Notes: a model not told the origin generated them from the letters alone. DNA of 64,000 nt from Patescibacteria group bacterium (GCA_028865095.1 JAGWLA010000002.1:49319-113318); one strand, 5' to 3'; counted from the first letter of the stretch, positions 19,907 through 29,737 are shown. A program made the numbers and translations.

Positions 19907-20620
19907 TCATATGCGTGAAGTGTTGATGGCCGGGGCATCCGCGGGCCTGACCGCTTTGACCTCCTCGAACAGGACGATCAGGATGACGATGGCCGCCCAG
20001 ACCCAGGCGAAGACCTTCAAAGCGTCGCCGGATGCCACGCTGACGATGCCGATATTGAAAGCGGCGTGGGCGGCGATGGCCGCCGCGAGCGCTGCGACGA
20101 CCGCGCCGATCCGGGCCAGCCAGCCCCGGTAGAACGTCATTCCCAGGGCGAAGCCGACGAGGGCCGACGAGAAGACGTGCACCAGCGTCGCCCCGAAATA
20201 GCGCATGTTGCCGTCGACCAGACCCGACGCCAGCCCGCTGTCGGAGAGGGTCCCCATGATGAACAGGGTGTTCTCGAGGGCCGCGAAGCCGAGCGAGACG
20301 GCGACGAAGTAGATCATGGCGTCGATCGGCTCGTCGTACCATCTGCTGCGGAGGGCGATCAGGGCGACGGCCGCGAACTTCAAGGCCTCTTCGATGGCGG
20401 CCCAGAAGATATAAAGGGTGGCCTGGTCGGTGGCGAGGCCGGCCACCGCTTTCTCGGCGGGGATGGCCACGGCCACCGCCGCCATGCCTCCGAGGAAGCA
20501 GGCGGCGAGAAGGGCGCGCGGCTCGGGCTGGCGCTCGTCCTCCCTCGTCCAGAAGAACAGCCAGACGAGCGACGGGACGATGCCGGCCATGAGGGCGTAC
20601 GCGAAAGTCGTGGCGTCCAT
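19907..20620 (-). CDS. PrsW-family intramembrane protease-like protein
   Basis: Only the 3-prime 714 nt of the 823-aa listed ORF is credible. It encodes a polytopic membrane protein with EExxK (AAIEEALKFAA), FxxxxENxxF and HAAFN-type motifs typical of PrsW. The upstream extension is antisense to PBP2. Confidence 0.55.
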   Translation of the reverse strand: MDATTFAYALMAGIVPSLVWLFFWTREDERQPEPRALLAACFLGGMAAVAVAIPAEKAVAGLATDQATLYIFWAAIEEALKFAAVALIALRSRWYDEPIDAMIYFVAVSLGFAALENTLFIMGTLSDSGLASGLVDGNMRYFGATLVHVFSSALVGFALGMTFYRGWLARIGAVVAALAAAIAAHAAFNIGIVSVASGDALKVFAWVWAAIVILIVLFEEVKAVRPADAPAINTSRI

Positions 20621-20662
20621 GCCACTAGTATACACCAGGGCGCTCTGTGATATCATCCATCC

Positions 20663-22399
20663 ATGGATGCCATCGGCAGCATAAAGGCCTATTTCCGCCG
20701 CGCCCGGCGCCGCAAGAGCCGCCGGAACAGCGAGATATACCCCGACGAGGTGCTCGTCGATTCGAGCAACATCCCCGGCTATGACGAGGACCGCTTCGAA
20801 GGCCGGCTCGAGAAGCCCATCCGCAAGAGCGTCCTCTATTCGCTCGGCATCGTCTTCGCCCTGCTGGCGGCGGTCTTCATCTTCCAGGCGGGCAACCTCG
20901 AGCTGGCGAACGGCGCGAGCTATCGCCAGCAGAGCGTGGACAATGCCCTGCGGCCGGTGCCGATATTCGCCAGCAGGGGAGCGATCTTCGACCGGAACGG
21001 GGTGCCGCTCGCCTGGAACGCCCCGTCGCAGGGGATGGCCACCGGCACCGGCGAGGACGCCGTGGCCGAGCGCGAATACGCCACCACCACCGGCCTGGCC
21101 CACGTCATCGGCTACGTCCAGTATCCGTCGAAGGACTCGAACGGCTTCTATTACCGCGACGACTTCGAAGGGGTGAGCGGCGCCGAGAAGTATCTGAACA
21201 GCGTCCTGACGGGGCAGAACGGCTCGCGGCTCGTCGAAGTCGACGCCCGCGGCAAAGTCGTCTCCGAGAGCGTGGTCGAGCCGCCCGTGTCGGGCCAGAC
21301 CGTCGACCTTTCCATCGATAGCGCCGTGCAGTCCGAGCTCTTCAGCAACATCAAGGACATCGCCACCACCTACGGCTTCAGCGGCGGCAGCGGCATCATC
21401 ATGGACGTCCATACCGGCGAGATCATCGCCCTCACCAGCTATCCCGAATACAGCCCCCAGGTCATGTCCGACAAGACCGACGCGGCCGCGGTCAAAGCGG
21501 AGCTGAACGACCCGAACCTGCCGTTCCTCGACCGGGCGGTCGACGGGCTTTATACGCCCGGGTCCATCGTCAAGCCGTACGTGGCCATGGGCGGGCTGAC
21601 CGACGGCGTCATCGATCCCGCCAAGACCATCGACGACACCGGCCTGATCTCCATCCCCAACCCGTACGACCCGTCGCACCCGAGCATATTCCGCGGCTGG
21701 AAGCCCGGAGGCCTCGGCCCCCTCGACGTCCGCCACGCCATCGCTATGTCTTCCGACATCTATTTCTATGCAGTCGGCGGCGGCTACGGCGACCAGAAGG
21801 GCATGGGCATCGACGCCATCGACAAATACCTCGAGCTCTTCGGCCTCGGCGAGGCCATCCCCGATTCCTTCGTGAGCGGGCCGTCCGGCCTCGTTTCGAC
21901 GCCCGCGTGGAAGAAAGCCACGTTCAACGAGCCGTGGTATCTCGGCGACACCTACCACACCGTCATCGGCCAATACGGCACCCAGGTCACGCCCGCCCAG
22001 ATAGTCAGGGCGGTGGCCACGATCGCCAACGGCGGCTCGCTCCTCGTGCCGACGATCGTCAAAGGGGCCGCTCCCACGGTCGAGCGGACCATCGGCCTCC
22101 CGCAGCAGGACTATCAGATCGTCCGCGAAGGCATGCGCCTCGGCGTGGAGGTCGGCACCAGCATCGCCCTGAAAGTCCCGTACACCGACGTGGCCGGCAA
22201 ATCCGGCACCGCCGAGCTCGGCGCGTCCAAGGCGAACGTCAATTCCTGGATCACCGGGTTCTGGCCCTACGAGAGCCCGAAGTACGCTTTCGCGGTGGTC
22301 ATGGAGCACGGAGCGACCAGCAACCTGATCGGCGCCGCCGCCGCCATGCGCCGCACCCTCGACTGGATGTCCGTCCACGCCCCGAGCTATTTCCAGTGA
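20663..22399 (+). CDS. mrdA: penicillin-binding protein 2 (peptidoglycan D,D-transpeptidase, MrdA-like)
   Basis: N-terminal TM anchor, dimerisation domain, transpeptidase motifs SIVKP (SxxK), SSD (SxN), KSGTA (KTG). Confidence 0.75.
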   Translation: MDAIGSIKAYFRRARRRKSRRNSEIYPDEVLVDSSNIPGYDEDRFEGRLEKPIRKSVLYSLGIVFALLAAVFIFQAGNLELANGASYRQQSVDNALRPVPIFASRGAIFDRNGVPLAWNAPSQGMATGTGEDAVAEREYATTTGLAHVIGYVQYPSKDSNGFYYRDDFEGVSGAEKYLNSVLTGQNGSRLVEVDARGKVVSESVVEPPVSGQTVDLSIDSAVQSELFSNIKDIATTYGFSGGSGIIMDVHTGEIIALTSYPEYSPQVMSDKTDAAAVKAELNDPNLPFLDRAVDGLYTPGSIVKPYVAMGGLTDGVIDPAKTIDDTGLISIPNPYDPSHPSIFRGWKPGGLGPLDVRHAIAMSSDIYFYAVGGGYGDQKGMGIDAIDKYLELFGLGEAIPDSFVSGPSGLVSTPAWKKATFNEPWYLGDTYHTVIGQYGTQVTPAQIVRAVATIANGGSLLVPTIVKGAAPTVERTIGLPQQDYQIVREGMRLGVEVGTSIALKVPYTDVAGKSGTAELGASKANVNSWITGFWPYESPKYAFAVVMEHGATSNLIGAAAAMRRTLDWMSVHAPSYFQ

Positions 22400-22506
22400 G
22401 GCGGCCGCCGGGAGCCGGAAGCCGCCCGGCCGTCTTGTCTCTGCGGGAGGCCCCGTGATATGATTAAGCTCCGCATTATTCCTCCGATAATGTCCCTTTC
22501 TTTTTT

Positions 22507-22974
22507 ATGTCCCACGACATCCAGTATCTGACGAAAGAGAAGTTCGCCGACCTCGAGCGAGAGCTCGCGCATCTCCGGACCGACCGCCGCAAAGAAGTGG
22601 CGGAGCACCTCGAGTACGCCAAGAAGCTCGGCGACCTTTCCGAGAACGCCGAATATCACCAGGCCCGCGAAGAGCAGGCCGAGGTCGAAGACCGCATCCG
22701 CAGGCTCGAAGAGCTCCTCAAGCAGGCCGTCATCACCGGCCAGGGAGGGGGCGACGCCGTGACCGTCGGGTCGACGGTCAGGGTCGAGAAGGACGGCGAC
22801 AACAAGTCGGTCGTCTTCACCATCGTCGGGTCGGAGGAAGCCGACACGGCCAGCGGCAAAGTCTCCAACGTCTCTCCCATGGGAGCCGCGCTCCTCGGCC
22901 ACAAGGTCGGCGACGTCATCTCGGTCGCCACCCCCAAAGGCTTCACCGAGTACAAGATCGCCGCGATCAAATAA
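22507..22974 (+). CDS. greA: transcription elongation factor GreA
   Basis: N-terminal coiled coil carrying the conserved acidic residues (GDLSENAEY) and a C-terminal FKBP-like domain. 155 aa. Confidence 0.85.
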   Translation: MSHDIQYLTKEKFADLERELAHLRTDRRKEVAEHLEYAKKLGDLSENAEYHQAREEQAEVEDRIRRLEELLKQAVITGQGGGDAVTVGSTVRVEKDGDNKSVVFTIVGSEEADTASGKVSNVSPMGAALLGHKVGDVISVATPKGFTEYKIAAIK

Positions 22975-22977
22975 GCG

Positions 22978-24573
22978 ATGTTCTGGGCCGACAGCACCGT
23001 TCAGGATATCGAGAAGCGCTTCTCGGAGAAGGCCGCCTCGGGCGCGCCGATCGTCGTTCGCGACGAGAAGACCGCGTCAGGCCGCGTCCATGTCGGCTCA
23101 TTGAGAGGCGTGGCCATCCACGGCATCATCGCCGAGATCCTCGCCGGCAAGGGCATCGCCGCGAAGTATCTCTTCGAGATCAACGATTTCGACCCCATGG
23201 ACGGCATCCCCGCCTATCTCGACCAAGAGAAGTACGCTCCGTATCTGGGGAAGCCGCTCTGCGATATCCCGTCGCCCGACGGGGCAGCCGCCAATTTCGC
23301 GGAATATTACGCCCAGGAATTCATCGGCGTCATCAAGGAGATCGGCTTCGACCCCGAATTCTACCGCTCGAGCGAAGTCTACCGGTCCGGCCGCTACAAC
23401 GGCTGCATCAAGGCCGCTCTCGAGAGCGCCGGCGCCATCCGCGAGATATACAAGCGGGTGTCCGGGTCGGTGCGCGACGATTCCTGGCTGCCGGTGCAGA
23501 TGATCTGCGAGAAGTGCGGGAAAGTCAGCACTACCAAGGCCCTCTCGTTCGACGGGTCGATGGTGGCCTATGTCTGCTCCGACCTCGAATGGACGAAAGG
23601 CTGCGGCTACAAAGGCGCGGGGTCGCCGTTCGACGGCCATGCCAAGCTTCCGTGGAAAGTCGAATGGGCCGCTAAATTCAAGGTCATCGGCGTCGACGTC
23701 GAAGGGGCCGGCAAGGACCACTCGACTAAAGGCGGCTCCCGCGACGTGGCGGAAGCCATCGCCCGGGAAGTCTTCGCCACCGAGCCGCCGTTCAACATCC
23801 CGTACGAGTTCTTCCACGTGAACGGCCGGAAGATGTCCTCGTCCAAGGGCGCCGGCTCGTCGTCCCGCGAGATGGCCGACCTGCTCCCGCCCCAGATCCT
23901 GCGCCTCCTCCTGCTCCAGAAAGTGCCGCAGCGCGTCATCGATTTCGTCCCCGACGGCGACACCGTGCCGATACTGTACGATGGGTATGACAAGCTCGCC
24001 AAGAGCTATTTCGCCCATGCCCCCGGCGACGACAGCCGTGTCTTCTCGCTGGTGCATTTTCCCGCCATCGCAAGCCTTCTCGCCGAGCGGTTCCTGCCCC
24101 GGTTCTCCGAGGTCGCCTATCTCGTCCAGATGCCGCACATCGACGTCGTCGCCGAGGTCGAGAAGCAGAAAGGGTCCGCGCTCACCGAGGGCGACAAGGC
24201 GGAGATTGCCCTTCGCCGGTCGTATGCGAAGCGCTGGCTCGACGCGTACGCGCCCGAAGACTACAAGTTCGACATCCAGGCGGCTCTCCCTGCGCAGGCC
24301 GCCTCGCTCTCCGCGATCCAAAAGGAGGCGCTGGGGAAGGTGCTCGGCTATGTCAGGTCCCAGAGCGCCCTCGACGGCCAGGGCCTCCATACCGCTCTCC
24401 ATGACATACGGAAATCGATGGGCATCGAGCCAAAAGATTATTTCGAGGCGATATACCTGTCGTTCTTGGGCAAGCCGAGCGGCCCCAAAGCCGGCTGGTT
24501 CTTGAGCGTCCTCGACAAAGCCTTCGTCGAGCAGCGCCTCTCCGAAGCGTCTGCGATCGCAAGACCGAGCTAA
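22978..24573 (+). CDS. lysK: lysine--tRNA ligase, class I (archaeal-type LysRS)
   Basis: Class I HIGH-type motif variant (GRVHVGSLRG) and KMSKS variant (KMSSSKG). Zn-binding Cys cluster (CEKCGK...C) typical of LysRS-I. About 530 aa. Confidence 0.75.
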   Translation: MFWADSTVQDIEKRFSEKAASGAPIVVRDEKTASGRVHVGSLRGVAIHGIIAEILAGKGIAAKYLFEINDFDPMDGIPAYLDQEKYAPYLGKPLCDIPSPDGAAANFAEYYAQEFIGVIKEIGFDPEFYRSSEVYRSGRYNGCIKAALESAGAIREIYKRVSGSVRDDSWLPVQMICEKCGKVSTTKALSFDGSMVAYVCSDLEWTKGCGYKGAGSPFDGHAKLPWKVEWAAKFKVIGVDVEGAGKDHSTKGGSRDVAEAIAREVFATEPPFNIPYEFFHVNGRKMSSSKGAGSSSREMADLLPPQILRLLLLQKVPQRVIDFVPDGDTVPILYDGYDKLAKSYFAHAPGDDSRVFSLVHFPAIASLLAERFLPRFSEVAYLVQMPHIDVVAEVEKQKGSALTEGDKAEIALRRSYAKRWLDAYAPEDYKFDIQAALPAQAASLSAIQKEALGKVLGYVRSQSALDGQGLHTALHDIRKSMGIEPKDYFEAIYLSFLGKPSGPKAGWFLSVLDKAFVEQRLSEASAIARPS

Positions 24574-24626
24574 GGCCTTACCGTACAGCTGAATATTTTG
24601 CTCGTACTATCCACAGCTTATCCACT

Positions 24627-24689
24627 GTGGTATTTTTGCGTATTTTGGGGGAAGTGGGGTAAAATACCCATCAAGTGGGATGAAGTGGT
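24627..24689 (+). promoter_or_regulatory. mraZ promoter/operator with GTGG[GT] direct repeats (MraZ boxes)
   Basis: GTGGT at 24627, GTGGG at 24654, GTGGG at 24675, GTGGT at 24685 (the last two 10 bp apart), around GGTAAAATA. The element lies directly upstream of mraZ. Confidence 0.4.
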
Positions 24690-24704
24690 ATATCCCACAA
24701 ACCT

Positions 24705-25145
24705 ATGATCATCGGCACTCACTTCCACACTATCGACGACAAGAATCGCCTCTCCCTCCCGGCGAGATTCCGCAAGGAAATGGGCAGGGCAGTGGTGATA
24801 ACGCCCGGTCTCGACGACTGCCTCTTCGTCTTCACGGCGAAAGAGTGGGAGAAGATATCGGGCCGCTTGTCGGAAGGCGAGTCCTCGATGCTCAAGGCGG
24901 ACAACCGGAGCTTCAACCGCTACCTTCTGGGGATGGCGGTCGAAGTCGAGGTTGACGCGGCAGGGAGGATGCTCATCCCCGAGCATCTTCGTAGCCGCGC
25001 CAAGCTCCAGTCCAAGGTCGTCCTGATCGGCGTCAGGGACCGCGTGGAGATCTGGGACGAGAGCTCCTGGAAAGCCTATGCGGCCGGCGTCGAGAGCAAA
25101 GCCGACGCTTTGGCCGAGAAGCTCGGCGAGGCAGGGATGCTCTAG
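24705..25145 (+). CDS. mraZ: transcriptional regulator MraZ
   Basis: Duplicated MraZ/SpoVT-AbrB-like halves with DxxxR motifs (IDDKNRLSLP, VDAAGRMLIP). 146 aa, heads the dcw cluster. Confidence 0.85.
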   Translation: MIIGTHFHTIDDKNRLSLPARFRKEMGRAVVITPGLDDCLFVFTAKEWEKISGRLSEGESSMLKADNRSFNRYLLGMAVEVEVDAAGRMLIPEHLRSRAKLQSKVVLIGVRDRVEIWDESSWKAYAAGVESKADALAEKLGEAGML

Positions 25146-25151
25146 CCGCAC

Positions 25152-26090
25152 ATGGAAAGCGTACACGAACCGGTTCTTTTACATGAGACAGTCGAGGCAT
25201 TGGTCCGCGGGCGCGGCGAGAGCCGCCCGAACGCGGCGCCATGGTATCTCGACGGCACCCTCGGCGGGGCGGGGCATGCCTTGGCCGTGGCCGAAGCCCT
25301 GAAGGGCAAGCTCGGCATCGTCGGCCTGGACAGGGACCCTGACGCCATCGCCCGGGCAAAGGCCAAGCTCGCCGGAGCGGCTGAAGAGGTCATCCTCGAG
25401 AATGCCAGCTTCCGCAGCCTCGGCGCCGTCCTGGACAAGCACGGCATCGCGGCGGTCGACATGGTCCTCTTCGACCTCGGCATATCGTCCGACCAGCTCG
25501 ACCGCTCGGGGAGAGGCTTCTCCTTCCAGCGCGACGAGGCCCTGCATATGACCATGGGCGACCCGGCCAGCCACCCCTTCACCGCCAAGGACATCGTCAA
25601 CGGGTGGGAGGAGGCGAGCATCGCCGACGCCATATATGCCTACGGGGAGGAGCGCTTCGCCCGGCGGATCGCCCGCGCCATCGTCTCGTACCGGGCCAAG
25701 AAGCCCATCGAGACGTCGGCGGAGCTGGCCGAGGTCGTCAAAGGAGCGGTGCCCGCGCTCCGGAGGCACGGCCCCGGCGCCCGGCGGATCCATCCGGCGA
25801 CGCGCACCTTCCAGGCCCTGCGCATCGCGGTCAACGACGAGCTCGCCGCCCTCAAGGACGGGCTGGCCGCGGGGTACGAGCGCCTGGCTCCCGGCGGGCG
25901 CATGGCGGTCATCTCCTTCCATAGCCTCGAAGACCGCATCGTCAAGGAGTTCTTCAGGGCTAAGGCGGCCGAAGGGGCCGAGCTCGCCTCCAAGAAGCCC
26001 GTCGCGCCGTCCGACGAAGAGATCGAGCGGAACCCGCGCTCCCGGAGCGCCAAGCTGAGGGCCATCGCGAAGCCGGCCGCGAACATTTAA
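25152..26090 (+). CDS. rsmH: 16S rRNA (cytosine1402-N4)-methyltransferase RsmH
   Basis: HEPVLLHETVEAL, DGTLGGAGHA, FDLGISSDQLD, GGRMAVISFHSLEDRIVK. Conserved position after mraZ. Confidence 0.85.
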   Translation: MESVHEPVLLHETVEALVRGRGESRPNAAPWYLDGTLGGAGHALAVAEALKGKLGIVGLDRDPDAIARAKAKLAGAAEEVILENASFRSLGAVLDKHGIAAVDMVLFDLGISSDQLDRSGRGFSFQRDEALHMTMGDPASHPFTAKDIVNGWEEASIADAIYAYGEERFARRIARAIVSYRAKKPIETSAELAEVVKGAVPALRRHGPGARRIHPATRTFQALRIAVNDELAALKDGLAAGYERLAPGGRMAVISFHSLEDRIVKEFFRAKAAEGAELASKKPVAPSDEEIERNPRSRSAKLRAIAKPAANI

Positions 26091-26143
26091 CCATACACAG
26101 CATCCATAACCGACGCGCTCCGCGCATCATCATCACCACGAAT

Positions 26144-26488
26144 ATGACGAAAACGATCGCACGCACATACGACACCGCATTCGAGAACAGGTCGCGCATC
26201 ACGGCGATCCTCCTTTCCGCGTGCCTCTTCATGGCGCTTTTCTACGCCTATGACGTCTATTCGGTGGTCTCCAAGACCGTGGCTCTCGAGAAGGTCAGCC
26301 GGCAGACGACGGCCGTGAGCGGCGCTATCAGCGCCCTCGACGGGAGCTATATCGCTCTCCTCGGCTCGGTGACCCCCGACGCCCTCGGCGCGTACGGCCT
26401 GGAGGCGGGCCAAGTGGCGGCGTACATCCCGCTCTCCGCTCCGACGGCCTCGCTCGGCGGCTTGGCGTCGGCCGGCCATGAACTCTAA
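26144..26488 (+). CDS. ftsL: FtsL-like small bitopic cell-division protein
   Basis: 114 aa with a single TM helix (ITAILLSACLFMALFYAY) followed by a coiled-coil-like segment. Located between rsmH and ftsI and overlaps the ftsI start. Confidence 0.4.
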   Translation: MTKTIARTYDTAFENRSRITAILLSACLFMALFYAYDVYSVVSKTVALEKVSRQTTAVSGAISALDGSYIALLGSVTPDALGAYGLEAGQVAAYIPLSAPTASLGGLASAGHEL

Positions 26489-28199
26489 GCAGCGCTTCCG
26501 CACGCGCCTCATGCTCGCCTGCGTCATCGCGGCGGGCTGCGTCTTGGCCGCCAAGCTGTACGACACCGACATCATCAACGGAGGGGCATATGCCGCCCGG
26601 GCAGCCGCCCAGTATTCGAAGCCGTCATCCGCCCTCTTCGACCGGGGCACCATATTCTTCACCAGCAAGGACGGGACCGAGACCGCTGCCGCCGCGGTGG
26701 AGAACGGCTACCTCGTCTATATGAACCCCATGCAGGTCACCGACCCGCAAGGGGATTATCAGGCATTGTCCACTCTCTTGCCGCTCGACAAAGCGTCCTT
26801 CATCGCCCATGCGACCAAGCCCGGCGACCCTTATGAGGAGATCGCCCACAAGGTCGACGCCAGCACCTCGGCCGCCATCCAGGGCCTCGACCTCACGGGC
26901 ATCAGGACGGCTCCCGAGACGTGGCGCTCGTACCCCGGCGGGACGCTCGCGGCCCACATCCTCGGGGTGATCGGCGAAGACGGGACTTCGACGGCCGTCT
27001 CCGGGCGGTACGGGCTCGAGAAATATTACGACAGCGTACTTTCCAAGCCGGGCGTCGGGCCGAGCATCGACGCTTTCGCTTCTCTCTTCTCGGGGATCAA
27101 GGACTCGGTGTTCGGCGGGAGCGCCCAGCGCTCGGGTGACGTGGTCACCACCATCGACCCTGCCGTGCAGGCCTATCTCGAGCAAGTGCTCTCCCAGACC
27201 GAGAGCACCTGGCATCCCGACCAGATCGGGGGCATCGTCATCGACCCGAATACCGGCGCCATCGTGGCCATGGCCTCCCACCCGACGTTCGACCCTAACG
27301 ACCTCTCGTCCGTGAAGTCGAACGCCGTCCTTTCCGACCCCCTGGTCGAGAGCGTCTACGAGATGGGCTCGATCATGAAGCCGCTCACCATGGCCGCCGC
27401 CCTGGATTCCGGGGCGGTCGGGCCCGATTCGACCTATGACGACACCGGCTGCATGACCGTCAGCGGCCGGAAGATCTGCAATTACGACTTGCGCGCCCGC
27501 GGGCCGGCCACGCCCATGCAGCAGATATTGAGCCAGTCGCTGAACGTCGGCGCGGCCACCATCGCCTTGAAGATGGGCGCGGACGAGTACCGGAAATATT
27601 TCTATTCATACGGGCTCGGCGAGAAGAGCGGCATCGACCTTCCCGACGAGGCCGCCCCGCTCTCCGGCAACCTGACGATCGGCGCGGACGTCGACATCGC
27701 CACGGCTTCCTTCGGGCAAGGGGTCGCCGTCACGCCGGTCGGCATGGCCAGGGCGCTGTCGGTCATCGCCAACGGGGGATATGTGGTGACCCCGCATGTG
27801 GTCAAAGAGATCGACTATGACGACGGCTCGGTCGTGAAAGTGGACCCGCCCCGCGCCGGCCCCGTCCTGTCCCCGAAGACCGTCGAAGAGGTCAAGAACA
27901 TGCTGGTCACCGTAGTGGACAAGGCCTTCAGGCCCGGCACGATCGCCCGGACCCATTACAGCCAGGGAGCCAAGACCGGCACGGCCCAGATCGCCGATCC
28001 CGTCCATGGCGGCTACTATGCCGACCGCTATCTGCACTCCTTCTTCGGCTTCTTCCCGGCGTATTCGCCGCGCTTCCTGGTCTTCTTCTACCAGGTCTAC
28101 CCCAAAGGGGCCGAATACGCGTCGGAGACCCTGACCGCCGCCTATAACGATATGGCCGGTTTTCTGATAAACTACTATGACATACCGCCCGACCGGTAG
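26478..28199 (+). CDS. ftsI: penicillin-binding protein FtsI (PBP3-type transpeptidase)
   Basis: N-terminal TM anchor, transpeptidase motifs SIMKP (SxxK), SQSLN (SxN), KTGTA (KTG). dcw-cluster position. Confidence 0.8.
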   Translation: MNSKQRFRTRLMLACVIAAGCVLAAKLYDTDIINGGAYAARAAAQYSKPSSALFDRGTIFFTSKDGTETAAAAVENGYLVYMNPMQVTDPQGDYQALSTLLPLDKASFIAHATKPGDPYEEIAHKVDASTSAAIQGLDLTGIRTAPETWRSYPGGTLAAHILGVIGEDGTSTAVSGRYGLEKYYDSVLSKPGVGPSIDAFASLFSGIKDSVFGGSAQRSGDVVTTIDPAVQAYLEQVLSQTESTWHPDQIGGIVIDPNTGAIVAMASHPTFDPNDLSSVKSNAVLSDPLVESVYEMGSIMKPLTMAAALDSGAVGPDSTYDDTGCMTVSGRKICNYDLRARGPATPMQQILSQSLNVGAATIALKMGADEYRKYFYSYGLGEKSGIDLPDEAAPLSGNLTIGADVDIATASFGQGVAVTPVGMARALSVIANGGYVVTPHVVKEIDYDDGSVVKVDPPRAGPVLSPKTVEEVKNMLVTVVDKAFRPGTIARTHYSQGAKTGTAQIADPVHGGYYADRYLHSFFGFFPAYSPRFLVFFYQVYPKGAEYASETLTAAYNDMAGFLINYYDIPPDR

Positions 28200-28204
28200 A
28201 TCAT

Positions 28205-29587
28205 ATGGCAATCGCAAAGAAGCTCATCGTATGGATCCTGACCCTGGAATCCCGCGTCATCCTGCGCCGGCAGAAGCCGTTCGTGGTGGCCGTGACCGGC
28301 AGCGTCGGCAAGACCGCCGCTAAGGACGCCATATACGACGTCCTCAAGGGTCGCAGCCGCTGCGTCCGGAAGAGCGAGAAGAGCCTGAACAGCGAGATCG
28401 GCCTCCCGCTCACCGTCATCGGCGCGCCCACCGCCTGGCGGAGCCTCGCAGGCTGGTCGCGCAACCTCATCGTCGGCCTGCGCACGGCTCTCGCCCGGCG
28501 GGGGAGCTACCCCGACCGCCTCGTCCTCGAAGTCGGGGCCGACCATCCCGGAGACATCGAGCGCGTCACGCGCTGGCTCAAGCCCGACATCGCCGTCATC
28601 GCCCGGATCAGCCGCACGCCGGTCCACGTCGAATTCTTCAGATCGCCGGAGCAGGTCTTCAAAGAGAAGGCTTTCCTCGCCGCCGCGGTCAAGCCTGGCG
28701 GCTCGCTGGTCCTTTATGCCGACGACCCCAAGATCGCGTCGCTCGGCGACGGGGCATCCGCCAAGGGCGTGAAGTCCCTGACGTACGGCCTGTCCGAGAG
28801 CGCGTCCGTCCGGGCCGCCGGCCTCGAAGCGCTCTATGACGGGGAAGAGAACCGCGTCTGGAAGGTCGAGGGCGGCCTCGGCGCCGTCTCCAACGGCTTC
28901 GCTTTCTCGCCCGCGTCCCGCCGCTCGCCGATAGGGATGTCGTTCAGCCTTCGGATCGGGACGGAGAGCGCCCCCGTCGAGATCCGCGGCGGCCTCGGCA
29001 TCGGCTACGTCTATTCGTATCTCGCCGCCGCGGCCGTCGGCGCGGCCACGGGCGTCGGCATCGCCGACATCGCCGCCGCCCTCTCGGCTTCCCGCCCGCC
29101 GCGGGGCCGCATGAACATCATCCCCGGCCTGAACGGCTCGACCCTCGTCGACGACACCTATAATTCCTCGCCCGACGCCGCCGAAGCGGCCCTGGAAGCC
29201 GTCAAAGGCCTCGAATGCGCCGGCGCCCGGATCGCCGTCCTCGGCGATATGATGGAGCTCGGGTCCTATGCCGCCGAAGAGCACCGCCGCATCGGCGCTC
29301 TGGCGGCCAAAGCCGTCCAGCGCCTCTATACCGTCGGCCCCCGCTCGCGCTTGACCGCCGACGAAGCCTTGAAGGCCGGCATGCCCGCAGACATGGTGCG
29401 TTCGTTCGATACCGCCGACGAGGCCGCCGCCCATGTCGCCAAGGAAGCGGCCGCCGGCGACGTCATCCTGGTCAAGGGCTCCCAGTCCGTGCGCATGGAG
29501 CGCGTCTCCAAAGCCCTGCTCGCCGAGCCTTCCCGCGCGGCCGAGCTCCTGGTGCGGCAGGAGAGGGAATGGCTTGAGAAGAAGTGA
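28205..29587 (+). CDS. murF: UDP-N-acetylmuramoyl-tripeptide--D-alanyl-D-alanine ligase
   Basis: Mur ligase P-loop VAVTGSVGKTAAKD, DDTYNSSPDAAEAAL, Mur ligase C-terminal domain (VILVKGSQSVRME). Confidence 0.85.
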   Translation: MAIAKKLIVWILTLESRVILRRQKPFVVAVTGSVGKTAAKDAIYDVLKGRSRCVRKSEKSLNSEIGLPLTVIGAPTAWRSLAGWSRNLIVGLRTALARRGSYPDRLVLEVGADHPGDIERVTRWLKPDIAVIARISRTPVHVEFFRSPEQVFKEKAFLAAAVKPGGSLVLYADDPKIASLGDGASAKGVKSLTYGLSESASVRAAGLEALYDGEENRVWKVEGGLGAVSNGFAFSPASRRSPIGMSFSLRIGTESAPVEIRGGLGIGYVYSYLAAAAVGAATGVGIADIAAALSASRPPRGRMNIIPGLNGSTLVDDTYNSSPDAAEAALEAVKGLECAGARIAVLGDMMELGSYAAEEHRRIGALAAKAVQRLYTVGPRSRLTADEALKAGMPADMVRSFDTADEAAAHVAKEAAAGDVILVKGSQSVRMERVSKALLAEPSRAAELLVRQEREWLEKK

Positions 29588-29629
29588 GAAGTGTGTTATT
29601 TTTCTCTGGCGCCTGCCCGCCATCCACCA

Positions 29630-29702
29630 GGCCCTATCGTCTAACGGCTAGGACGGAGGCTTCTCAAGCCTCAAATCAGGGTTCGATTCCCTGTAGGGTC
29701 AC
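29630..29702 (+). tRNA. tRNA-Glu (anticodon CUC)
   Basis: Cloverleaf: acceptor GGCCCTA/TAGGGTC, D-arm GTCT-AACGGCTA-GGAC, anticodon stem GAGGC/GCCTC with loop TTCTCAA (anticodon CTC), T-arm CAGGG-TTCGATT-CCCTG. No encoded CCA. Confidence 0.7.
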
Positions 29703-29708
29703 AAGATA

Positions 29709-29737
29709 TTGATTTTGTTGTATTAGTATGTTATAAT
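29709..29737 (+). promoter_or_regulatory. sigma70-like promoter TTGATT-17 nt-TATAAT
   Basis: Consensus-like -35 and -10 with a 17-nt spacer, 50 nt upstream of CDS 29788, followed by an AAAGG Shine-Dalgarno. Confidence 0.45.

Noticed and set aside
20621-22378. Upstream 580 aa of the 823-aa minus-strand ORF 19907-22378
   Set aside because: Antisense to PBP2. Only the 3-prime 714 nt (the PrsW-like gene) has a coherent membrane-protein translation and its own start codon at 20620.
23098-24402. 434-aa minus-strand ORF opposite lysK; 547-aa minus ORF opposite rnr (32397-34040); 1017-aa minus ORF opposite gyrA (53640-56693); 414-aa ORF 40930-41682 and similar
   Set aside because: All are antisense shadows of well-supported genes in high-GC DNA, with no motifs and a biased Arg/Gly/Asp/Ala composition.
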